64,000 nucleotides of DNA from the NCBI RefSeq assembly GCF_053078305.1, contig NZ_CP166879.1; one strand, given 5' to 3'. The position numbers and the translations under genes were made by a program. Of the stretch, positions 8,202 through 15,994 are shown piece after piece. Below the pieces are notes generated by a model that saw only the letters and a list, made by a program, of their open reading frames with translations, ran no database searches and was not told the origin of the DNA. Position 1 is the stretch's first letter, and every line of letters starts with the position of its first letter.

Positions 8202-8875
8202 TGGTTGCCTCCTTTGCGAAGCTGGGCAGCAAAGTCAACTAACCACTCAGTCATTTCAACCTTCCCTATCAGGTCTGAACCAGGGTGCATACAGCAATCA
8301 CTCTGCGCCGCTTTGAAATCCTTATACTCATATTCTTGGGCCACCAGATTTTTTGCAGCTTCTATAGCAGCATCCACCCCCAGCGCCCGCACTTCAGACA
8401 GGAAAGCATCGGTGGCTGGCATATTTCCTGTTGCCTTCATGGCCTCCAAAATAACCAGAACGCCATCTCTCCCAACCTCCTCGCAGATAACCTCGGTGTT
8501 GTCGCCAACAACATCGCAGAATGCCTGAACTGCTTTACGAGCAAGTGCATTCTCCGCCGCCAGCGCCACAAGATTAGCTTCCAGCTCGGCAATACGTTTG
8601 CTTTGGGCTTCCCGTTCATCCAGCAGTGCCTGTACTACTTCAGGGTTGAAAGCTGCAATAAATTCTGCGTTGTTCTCTGCATTTTTCTGGTCATCAAAGC
8701 CAGGCCATTTGATAATGTCTCCGCAACGTTCATCCCCCGGCGTATGCACCGCATATGTATCAGTGCCCGGCGAAATGAATGCGACCCATTCGCCCTGGGT
8801 TGCCAGTTTTGCTATCTCACGTAGCGTCTGATAATTAATTTTTCTCACTGGTTGCCTCCTGGAAAATAACCGCAT
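8198..8875 (-). CDS. Ead/Ea22-like protein
   Basis: 225-aa ORF with central coiled-coil-like segment. Confidence 0.5.
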   Translation of the reverse strand: MRLFSRRQPVRKINYQTLREIAKLATQGEWVAFISPGTDTYAVHTPGDERCGDIIKWPGFDDQKNAENNAEFIAAFNPEVVQALLDEREAQSKRIAELEANLVALAAENALARKAVQAFCDVVGDNTEVICEEVGRDGVLVILEAMKATGNMPATDAFLSEVRALGVDAAIEAAKNLVAQEYEYKDFKAAQSDCCMHPGSDLIGKVEMTEWLVDFAAQLRKGGNQ

Positions 8876-9140
8876 GTCCCAGTTTCTCCGCCAGTGCCAG
8901 TTCTGCCTTAGCGCCTGCCGACCGCTGCCAGCCTTTCAGCATATAAACCGCATCCACACAACGAATCATTGCCATGCAAATATCCATGTACTGCGGCTGA
9001 GTCAGCCCGTCCGGAAGTACTGCCGGGTTTAAAACGGTATGCCCTTCCCGTTTCAGTGCTTCTTCCGCCCTGTGAAATGCCTCGCGGTTGAAATTTTCAT
9101 ATCCCGTCATTGGACCGGCGATATAAATGCTCACCCTCAC
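8835..9140 (-). CDS. DUF4406-like (nucleoside 2-deoxyribosyltransferase-like fold) protein
   Basis: 101-aa [16 protein letters not shown]...; small Rossmann-like protein common in phages. Confidence 0.45.
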   Translation of the reverse strand: MRVSIYIAGPMTGYENFNREAFHRAEEALKREGHTVLNPAVLPDGLTQPQYMDICMAMIRCVDAVYMLKGWQRSAGAKAELALAEKLGHAVIFQEATSEKN

Positions 9141-9541
9141 GCCTGAACCCTCCTGTCGAAATAAACGTAGTTATTCACTATGCGCAGCGGCATGCCTAAT
9201 TTTCTGGCAATTTCCCTTCTTTGCATGCCTCTCTGATGCAGTTGCCGCGCCAGCTCAATATCACGCTGAGAATATTTTGCTGACTGGTGATAATCACCCC
9301 GTAACATCATGCTGATACCCAGTTCCCGCGCTTTCGTCCTGACGGCTGACTCACTACGGCCAATCAGATAACCGATGCTTTCGACTCTCATCGTTCCCGC
9401 ACACTGCCGGAGTATCAGGATTTCAGCCCAGCTCCACTTCTTCCAGCCACTCACCGCTGCTGCCCTCTGGTGGCCGTAATATCCCGGAGAATATCCCTGT
9501 GTTTGTTCAGTTCCCGCAGCGCAGCACAGACTCGCTCCCAC
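9137..9541 (-). CDS. Hypothetical HTH-containing protein
   Basis: 134-aa ORF with sigma-70 region-4-like segment ([21 protein letters not shown]); start uncertain because of 91-nt overlap with upstream ORF. Confidence 0.4.
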   Translation of the reverse strand: MGASLCCAAGTEQTQGYSPGYYGHQRAAAVSGWKKWSWAEILILRQCAGTMRVESIGYLIGRSESAVRTKARELGISMMLRGDYHQSAKYSQRDIELARQLHQRGMQRREIARKLGMPLRIVNNYVYFDRRVQA

Positions 9542-10212
9542 TTCTGAACATCACTTTTCGCCCTGCGCAGCGCCAGGTTTGCCCTGCACAGGGACAGAAA
9601 AATCAGCTCATCTGCTTGCGTTTCGGTAAACGATGGCAACGACTGCACAATGTCCGCCACTGTTTCTGTTTTAATATCTTCCTGTGTTGCAGATTCCTGT
9701 ACTGGTAACGCAACACCTGCTGGCTGAGGAAAGGCCTTACCATCATTTTCCGTTACCGGCACGGCTTTCGGCTCTGCTGGTAAATTATCGCCCGGCATGC
9801 AGTAACGAAATTTACCGTTCTGATTTACGCGTGCCAGGCGTCCCGTTGCGGTTACCACCGCCAACGTGGAAGCAACCTTGCGAATGCTAACACCGAACTT
9901 ATCCGCCAGTTCCTCACACGTTTTAGCCCCCTCCTGACCGATAAACTCAATCATCATGTCTGCGGTAACTTTTTGTTCGACCTCCCCGGTCAGCACATCC
10001 GGTACTTCAGACTGTGCTGGCTGCTCTTCGGTTACCCCGGATTCACCTTCGCCAGCCAGAAACCAGATGTGACCCGCTTTATCAACAACGCCATTTCTTT
10101 TGAGTTCCCACAGTTCGTTGAGAACCTCTTCACGACTGATATCAAGCCGCTCAGCCAGTCCAACAGAGCTGGCTTTTCCCATTGCTTTCAGTGCGTCAAA
10201 AACGGTTTCCAT
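9451..10212 (-). CDS. Hypothetical early protein with N-terminal winged-helix-like domain
   Basis: 253-aa ORF downstream of the P-like gene. Confidence 0.4.
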   Translation of the reverse strand: METVFDALKAMGKASSVGLAERLDISREEVLNELWELKRNGVVDKAGHIWFLAGEGESGVTEEQPAQSEVPDVLTGEVEQKVTADMMIEFIGQEGAKTCEELADKFGVSIRKVASTLAVVTATGRLARVNQNGKFRYCMPGDNLPAEPKAVPVTENDGKAFPQPAGVALPVQESATQEDIKTETVADIVQSLPSFTETQADELIFLSLCRANLALRRAKSDVQKWERVCAALRELNKHRDILRDITATRGQQR

Positions 10213-10245
10213 TAAAATTTCCTCCTACAAAATCGCTTCTCAGAT

Positions 10246-10908
10246 TCAAATAAAACCAGCTGCCTTCCGGCGTTCGTATTCCTGTTTCAGCCGTTCAATT
10301 GGCGTTGGCCCTTGCGGGTGTTTCGCCCCTTCCAGTTGTCGTCGCACTGGCGGAACACTCATCCCGTTACCAACATGCTTTGCCCATTTCGTCAGTTGCC
10401 GTTCCGCAAGTCGTTTTAACTCACCCTGCGTCATCTGGCGCTCAATCCCTCTGGTACGCATTTCGAGGCAGATGTGGTACAGCACAGGCTGTGGCCACGG
10501 GTATTTATCACTCCCGTCGTATCGCCAGGATTCATTGCGCCAGCGCCGGTACTCTTCCATCACGGCATCCACCGTAAGACCAAATGGATTTGCCCCACTC
10601 TCCGAAATCAGCGCAACAAACTCAGCCAGGTCCGGGGGCCACGTTTCACCCGCCCGACAGCGGTCCATGCACTGACGGCAGACCTGCCGGATTTGCTGTT
10701 CAGTCATCGCACCAATCTGGGCAATCCAGAGCTTCGAAGGTGCGGCCCCGTTCTTCTGAGTCCAGCGGTTCGAATACACCTCCCCCATAAGCTCCCACAG
10801 CTTCCAGGCCGTTTCCGTTGCTGATAAATCCGTTGTCACGTTCCCACTGTTCGCGTGCTGCCCGGATTTCCTGAACTGCCCGTGATGCCGTGCCACCTGA
10901 TGCTGCAT
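10246..10908 (-). CDS. Replication protein P-like (helicase loader); start uncertain
   Basis: 220-aa ORF resembling lambda P in the segments I recall; no Walker motifs; 209-nt overlap with the O-like gene suggests a later start (ATG at 10788 or 10707). Confidence 0.5.
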   Translation of the reverse strand: MQHQVARHHGQFRKSGQHANSGNVTTDLSATETAWKLWELMGEVYSNRWTQKNGAAPSKLWIAQIGAMTEQQIRQVCRQCMDRCRAGETWPPDLAEFVALISESGANPFGLTVDAVMEEYRRWRNESWRYDGSDKYPWPQPVLYHICLEMRTRGIERQMTQGELKRLAERQLTKWAKHVGNGMSVPPVRRQLEGAKHPQGPTPIERLKQEYERRKAAGFI

Positions 10909-11710
10909 GGCTTACCCCCTTGCTGACTGGTTTTACCTGTGCCCTGACGTGCTGCACGTGGCGGGCAAATTTCTGCTCCCACTGAACCTGCGTGAAAACC
11001 TTCCCCTCCGCCATCCAGTAATCCCGGAATGCGACAAGCTCAGCAGGTGTAAATTCCGGCTCAGGCAGAGCCATACCCCACACTGCTGCCCGTTGTCGAA
11101 AATCCGGCGACGGCTGCCAGACAGTGGTCATCGAAAATTTCCCGATCGGTTCGCTCAGGCCGTCCAGGTATTCAGGTTCGGCTGTCTGCAACGGCGCACC
11201 ATGCAACTCACTGGTCGGAATACTCTCGCGTTCACGCACGTTATGTGTGGGGTTTAATTCTTTTAGATCTGTATCTTTATTAGTTGCTTTTGTGTTTGCG
11301 TCATGTTCAAACACAACACCAACATTTGTTTGAACACCTGTTAAATCTCTCTCTTGTTTTGTTTGAACATATACTTCCTTTCTGCTTCTTCTGGCCTGAA
11401 CAGATGCTTTTCCGGCGGCTGATTTTTTGGTCAATTTTTCCCTGACTGATGCCAGATCTTCCTCAATCCGAAGATGCACCCATTCATCGCCGTTATCGCA
11501 AAAAAACTCACGCAAGGATGGTTCCACATCAGCCCATCGCTCGTTAGTCAGACGGGAAATTTTTGCCAGCCTGTTTTTAGGTATTGGTTTCCCTGTTTGC
11601 CAGTAATTGAACATCAGCAACAAATACGCACCGTGCTCCTCTGCGGACAAATGCATGGTGTCAGCCAGGTAATCAGCTATGTACAGTTGCATGTATGGTA
11701 ATGCGGCCAT
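10700..11710 (-). CDS. Replication initiator O-like / YdaU-like (DUF1376) protein
   Basis: ATG at 11710 gives MAALPYMQLYIADYL... N-terminus; iteron-like repeats lie inside the coding sequence. Confidence 0.6.
   Translation of the reverse strand: MAALPYMQLYIADYLADTMHLSAEEHGAYLLLMFNYWQTGKPIPKNRLAKISRLTNERWADVEPSLREFFCDNGDEWVHLRIEEDLASVREKLTKKSAAGKASVQARRSRKEVYVQTKQERDLTGVQTNVGVVFEHDANTKATNKDTDLKELNPTHNVRERESIPTSELHGAPLQTAEPEYLDGLSEPIGKFSMTTVWQPSPDFRQRAAVWGMALPEPEFTPAELVAFRDYWMAEGKVFTQVQWEQKFARHVQHVRAQVKPVSKGVSHAASGGTASRAVQEIRAAREQWERDNGFISNGNGLEAVGAYGGGVFEPLDSEERGRTFEALDCPDWCDD
11300..11372. repeat. Putative replication origin iterons
   Basis: Three copies of TGTTYRAACA (11304-11313, 11327-11336, 11361-11370) followed by AT-rich DNA, inside the O-like gene. 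Confidence 0.4.
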
Positions 11711-11796
11711 AATTGCCTCATCTTGTGACGAACCATCCTCTGGTGATATTCTGTGATTCCCCAATCAACAGAATCAGCAGGGGGCTGGCATAAATA

Positions 11797-12234
11797 TCAA
11801 TGCACCACAACAGACTCGCCGGATGACCCGCCGTCGCTGAAATACGCTTTCCGGTAAACGGCCTGGACAGCATCATCATGTGCATCAATTGCCGTGCTCA
11901 ACGCTTCCTGCGCCGCCAGTAATGCACGGCGCTCAACAGTGTCAAAAATACTGAGGTGATAACGCAGTTCACGCGGAAGAACAGTCAGGATAGCCGGAAT
12001 TAGTGCCTGAATTTTTTCAACAGCATCAGGCGTATCCTTTTCAAGCCAGCGAAAAATATTTTGTATATTCAATCCAATACCCTCTGTCGTAGAGGTGTCA
12101 TGCATTGGTGGATAAGTCATTTCAAGCTCAAAATATGCTGTCGCTATATCATCAGCGATTTTTTTGCGCCCTACCCTCGGATAAAGCAGCCACGCATTCA
12201 TCGCCATGCGGATGTGCTCATGCTTGATTTTCAT
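11797..12234 (-). CDS. YdaT-like protein (cII-position gene)
   Basis: 145-aa ORF directly downstream of the cro-like gene, as ydaT is in Rac. Confidence 0.45.
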   Translation of the reverse strand: MKIKHEHIRMAMNAWLLYPRVGRKKIADDIATAYFELEMTYPPMHDTSTTEGIGLNIQNIFRWLEKDTPDAVEKIQALIPAILTVLPRELRYHLSIFDTVERRALLAAQEALSTAIDAHDDAVQAVYRKAYFSDGGSSGESVVVH

Positions 12235-12491
12235 GAATCAACTCCCGCCGCTGCTTGTGCGTTAGCCTGATACTCAACAGGTAAACCATCGGTTGGATTA
12301 GGGTATTTATCAGGGCGCAATTCATGCGGAGTTACTCCCCAGTCAAGCGCCTCACATGCTGGTATAACCTCCTCCGCTGGCACTCGTTTTTTAAACCACC
12401 CACTTATGGTTTGCGGTGTTTTACCAAGACGACGCCCTAATTCTGATTGGCTCATTATTGACAGGATTTTCACTTGAGTACTTTTTTGCAT
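12231..12491 (-). CDS. Cro-like HTH regulator (YdaS-like)
   Basis: 86-aa ORF with XRE-type HTH (SQSELGRRLGKTPQTISGW); divergent from the cI-like gene. Confidence 0.6.
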   Translation of the reverse strand: MQKSTQVKILSIMSQSELGRRLGKTPQTISGWFKKRVPAEEVIPACEALDWGVTPHELRPDKYPNPTDGLPVEYQANAQAAAGVDS

Positions 12492-12519
12492 GTTTCCCTC
12501 CGAACTTTACGATGACACC

Positions 12520-12566
12520 GATGATTACAAATTTAAATTTAAATTTCAACTTCTATTTGTAATGCC
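12520..12566. promoter_or_regulatory. Putative oR operator/promoter region
   Basis: Inverted TTACAAAT...ATTTGTAA arms (12525-12562) in the 126-bp divergent intergenic region; related motif recurs at 13765-13819. Confidence 0.4.
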
Positions 12567-12617
12567 ACTTATCAATTTTTTCTGTAGGATCGCGGAACTA
12601 GTTTACGAGGGGTGGTG

Positions 12618-13010
12618 ATGATCTTTGTAAAACGCCTTCAGCAGGTGTTGCAGGAATTGAATATAAACCAGTCAGAGCTGGGAAGACGTCTTGGTGTAAA
12701 ACCCCAATCCGTGCAAGGTTGGTTGAAAGGCGTGATGCCAAGAATGGATAAACTGGAAAAATTAGCAGAGCTCTCACAACATCCCGTCCATTGGTTCTTT
12801 ATGGAAGAAGAAACTCTCGGCGATAAAATGGCTGTATCCAGTAATGACAACCAACCGCAACTTACAGAACAACAACGAAAAATCATATCGCTTTTAGATG
12901 AGTTACCTCAAAGCGACGCAGAGCAGATCATTCGTGATATGGAGCAAAAACGCGATTTCTATAAACGGAAACTTGAAGAGTTACTGCGGCAGAAAAACAA
13001 AACTGCCTGA
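12618..13010 (+). CDS. cI-like repressor (RacR-like, HTH only, no peptidase domain)
   Basis: 130-aa product from ATG 12618 (track ORF begins at GTG 12612); XRE HTH NQSELGRRLGVKPQSVQGW; RBS GAGGGG upstream. Confidence 0.6.
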   Translation: MIFVKRLQQVLQELNINQSELGRRLGVKPQSVQGWLKGVMPRMDKLEKLAELSQHPVHWFFMEEETLGDKMAVSSNDNQPQLTEQQRKIISLLDELPQSDAEQIIRDMEQKRDFYKRKLEELLRQKNKTA

Positions 13011-13056
13011 TGCATTCCTTTTCTGGAACGAGCATCAGGCAAATGACTAGCAGATT

Positions 13057-13416
13057 TTATAATCCAACCAGGCTTTCCAGGGGGATACCAAATTGATTAT
13101 GAAGACGGCGAATCATTGGTAACGTAAGGCTTCTGGTACCATTCAACACCTCATAAACCCGATTTTTTTTCCCAATTGCGGGTTCCAAATCTTTCACAGT
13201 CAGCCCCTGCTGTTCCATGCGAAATCTTATAGCTTCAATTGGGGATGGTGGCTCAATGGGATAATGTTTTTTTTCATATTCCTCTATTAGCAAACACATC
13301 ACCTCAAAAAAATCCCCCTCAGGCGTGTCAATTTCGGGCTCATTGTCGAACATGGGTTCAACAGCACGCAACGCGGCTTCATAATCTTGCTCTGTACGAA
13401 TAGGTTTGATGTTCAT
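13057..13416 (-). CDS. higA: HigA-family antitoxin (C-terminal HTH)
   Basis: 119-aa ORF; C-terminal HTH LTLPMIRRLHNQFGIPLESLV resembles K-12 HigA; directly follows the toxin gene (toxin-first order typical of hig loci). Confidence 0.8.
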   Translation of the reverse strand: MNIKPIRTEQDYEAALRAVEPMFDNEPEIDTPEGDFFEVMCLLIEEYEKKHYPIEPPSPIEAIRFRMEQQGLTVKDLEPAIGKKNRVYEVLNGTRSLTLPMIRRLHNQFGIPLESLVGL

Positions 13417-13418
13417 GC

Positions 13419-13721
13419 TTACTCCAGTTCGATGGTATCAGCATCAATAGCATCGTATTCCTTGTGGTTTCCGATGAATTTAACAAATACCCATCCTCGC
13501 TGATACGCAATTGCAACAATTAAACGGTAATGATTACCTTTTATGTTGAATACCACGCGCCGGTTTTTCAATATACTGGCCGTTCGGTATTGTGCCTTAA
13601 TGTCTGCTGGGCTTTTCCAGTCAGCTTTTGCCGCCTCATCCACCCATGCCCTTAGCGGTTGTTCTGCATCAGGATTCTCCGCCCAAAAATCCCTGAGTGT
13701 TTTAACTGAGATAATCTTCAT
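13419..13721 (-). CDS. higB: HigB-family toxin (RelE/ParE superfamily mRNA interferase)
   Basis: 100 aa from ATG 13721 (track ORF extends to TTG 13766); C-terminal FIGNHKEYD motif as in K-12 HigB; 2-nt gap to higA. Confidence 0.75.
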   Translation of the reverse strand: MKIISVKTLRDFWAENPDAEQPLRAWVDEAAKADWKSPADIKAQYRTASILKNRRVVFNIKGNHYRLIVAIAYQRGWVFVKFIGNHKEYDAIDADTIELE

Positions 13722-13764
13722 AACTGTATAGTAGTCCCATTTTGGGACTGATGCAACAGCTCGC

Positions 13765-13819
13765 AATTACAAATTTAATAATAAACATGTTGACCAGTTA
13801 AATTTTAATTTGTAAATTG
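13765..13819. promoter_or_regulatory. Putative oL operator region, overlapping the presumed higBA promoter
   Basis: AATTACAAATTTAA ... TTAATTTGTAAATT inverted arms, same core as the oR motif. Confidence 0.35.
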
Positions 13820-13995
13820 TATCCATAAACCCACCCCGCCCCACAGAACGCAGGGCAATACTTCGAGTTACCCGGCAGTGGTCAGGGGTTAAGTAGCCAG
13901 CCTGAGGCGTATGAACATGACGGCGGGGATTACGTTTAACTATGCAGCAGGTTTTTTGTTCCGCTACCCCGGCGTTAAGGGGAAATGAGGTCAAC

Positions 13996-14148
13996 ATGGA
14001 TACGCTCAATCTTGGCAACAACGAATCTCTGGTATGCGGTGTGTTCCCTAACCAGGACGGCACGTTTACCGCGATGACGTATACCAAAAGTAAAAAGTTT
14101 AAAACCGAAGCTGGCGCGCGTCGCTGGTTAGCCAGAAACACTAACTGA
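13996..14148 (+). CDS. YdaF-like small protein (DUF1391)
   Basis: 50-aa product MDTLNLGNNESLVCGVFPNQDGTFTAMTYTKSKKFKTE... closely matches Rac YdaF; RBS GAGG 6 nt upstream. Confidence 0.6.
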   Translation: MDTLNLGNNESLVCGVFPNQDGTFTAMTYTKSKKFKTEAGARRWLARNTN

Positions 14149-14960
14149 TTAGCACCAGTAAAAACAGGTTGCCACTGGTTAATTTACCCTGAAAAGTCAG
14201 GGCACAACAGAAAGCACACGGCGAAGGCGTCTTTTCCTTAGAAGGCTTGTCGTTAGATTTCTTCGACCGTGTGCTTCCGGTTGTGGCAATCCGCGAAATG
14301 GCGCGGCGGTAAATATGGCTGGGGGTTTTTATTTCTTTTCCCCTCATTGAGGACACCGGGTTGTCAGGTTGACCATATGCCTGAGTGACAACCCCGCCAC
14401 AACATCTCCATGTTTCAATGGCAGTGGTACCTTTGGCGGCATCAGTTTATTAGCTTTCTGATGTCCGCCCTTTTTAAAGTGAATTTTGTGATGCGGTGAA
14501 TGCGGCTAAGCGCACGCGGAACAGTTAAAACCGTAAAGTGGTCTTTTACGGGGCGTAACGGGCATACTTCTGTATTCCGGCGTTAATTGTTAACTGGTTA
14601 ACGTCACCTGGAGGCACCAGGCACTGCATCGACAAAGTTCACTTCGGTGATGAAAGGTAAGAGAAAATGTTGAATGTAGCTATTGAAAACCAGAACGGGT
14701 GGAATTATAGTGCACCTGCACCTCATAAAGCGGGTGCCGGGATTGCTACCCCGATGTTCATCATGGCGCATAACCGCGCTCAGGCGTTTTTTTTATGCGT
14801 AATGCACAGCCACATTCAGATTATGGTGGGGCGTGCAGGGCAGCCGCAAGGCTGGCCGGGTTCCATGATGACCGGTTGTAGCAACCCTGTGCGTCTCACC
14901 ACCCATGAGATTGCTACCTCCGGTGGTGAGTTAATGAAATTCATCATGGAGGCTGCCATC

Positions 14961-15518
14961 ATGGCTACTATCCCTGCCCTTTCTCACCCTGAAATTACTA
15001 TCGCCAATGGGCGTGCTGTTACATCCTCTTTAGCTGTTGCCGAGTATTTCCGGAAACCACACAAAGATGTACTGGCAAAAATTTCACGTCTAGACTGTTC
15101 AGCAGAATTCACTGAGCGAAATTTTTCGCCCAGTGAATATACCGACTCAACCGGGCGCAAACTCCCTATGTACCAAATCACCAAAAACGGCTTCGTTTTC
15201 CTGGTGATGGGCTTCACCGGCAAAAAAGCCGCTGCATTTAAAGAAGCCTACATCGCTGAGTTCGATCGCATGGAGAAAGAACTGCGCCAGAATAACGCCC
15301 CGTCTCCCGACAAAATGATTCACGGGGACGGACGTACCCTGGTTATCCGTCTCGACGAACACGGCAATATCAAATTCACTGAAACCGTTCCTGATGGTGC
15401 AATGGTCTGCACCCTGGATACCTTCCAGTTTTATCTGGAGAAACAAGGCTGGACTCTTGTAAACCGGAGCGCAATTAAAAATATGACTGTGGAGCAATTA
15501 CTAAAAATTCATTGTTGA
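14961..15518 (+). CDS. Rha-family phage regulatory protein
   Basis: Rha N-terminal signature ITIANGRAVTSSLAVAEYFRKPHKDVL; GGAGG RBS before ATG 14961; track ORF begins at 14667 but the 5' extension looks non-coding. Confidence 0.65.
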   Translation: MATIPALSHPEITIANGRAVTSSLAVAEYFRKPHKDVLAKISRLDCSAEFTERNFSPSEYTDSTGRKLPMYQITKNGFVFLVMGFTGKKAAAFKEAYIAEFDRMEKELRQNNAPSPDKMIHGDGRTLVIRLDEHGNIKFTETVPDGAMVCTLDTFQFYLEKQGWTLVNRSAIKNMTVEQLLKIHC

Positions 15519-15528
15519 GGACGCGATA

Positions 15529-15717
15529 ATGGAAACGTTATTACCAAACGTTAATACGTCTGAAGGGTGTTTTGATATTGGTATTCTGCTCAGTAACCGG
15601 GAGTTTACTGAAGATGCCATTAAGATGAGAAAATATGAGCCTTATCTTCTCAATGATAATTCCATACTCTCCAGAATTGCCCTTCTTAAACTTGGTATTT
15701 TCGGAGGGCAGCAGTGA
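15529..15717 (+). CDS. Hypothetical small protein (62 aa, cytosolic)
   Basis: RBS GAGGA upstream; start abuts Rha stop; stop overlaps next start (GTGA). Confidence 0.35.
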   Translation: METLLPNVNTSEGCFDIGILLSNREFTEDAIKMRKYEPYLLNDNSILSRIALLKLGIFGGQQ

Positions 15718-15902
15718 CTTCTGCATTTGCACTGGTGATGACGGTTTTTCTTATAACGGGTGAGCCACAGAATGTGATTACCGGAATTTATGCCAGTAAA
15801 GAATCATGCCTCCGTGCAAGAGACGAGCAAAAAATTTCTGGCGAATGCCTCCCGTTAAAAAAAGTATCGCTGTACCTGAATAACGAAATACCGGCTGGAT
15901 AA
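15714..15902 (+). CDS. Hypothetical small membrane/exported protein (62 aa)
   Basis: GTG start with GGAGGG RBS; hydrophobic N-terminal segment SAFALVMTVFLITG; two Cys. Confidence 0.35.
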   Translation: MTSAFALVMTVFLITGEPQNVITGIYASKESCLRARDEQKISGECLPLKKVSLYLNNEIPAG

Positions 15903-15994
15903 TCCACCAGCCATATTAACGCCATACCCGTTGATTAAGCATGCCAGCAATGGCAGGGGTTCGTACAACCTTAAAATAGTTATGAGGTTTATCC

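Noticed and set aside
13767-14141. 124-aa ORF on the minus strand
   Set aside because: It covers the operator-like region and is antisense to the well-supported ydaF-like gene; no RBS and odd composition.
14141-14356. 71-aa basic ORF on the minus strand in the ORF-free region
   Set aside because: Antisense to the left-operon direction and spans the stem-loops; it cannot be excluded as a small protein, but is more likely a by-product of structured RNA-coding DNA.
14667-14960. N-terminal 98-codon extension of the Rha ORF
   Set aside because: The Rha signature starts near residue 105, and a strong GGAGG RBS precedes the internal ATG at 14961; the extension has no protein-like character.
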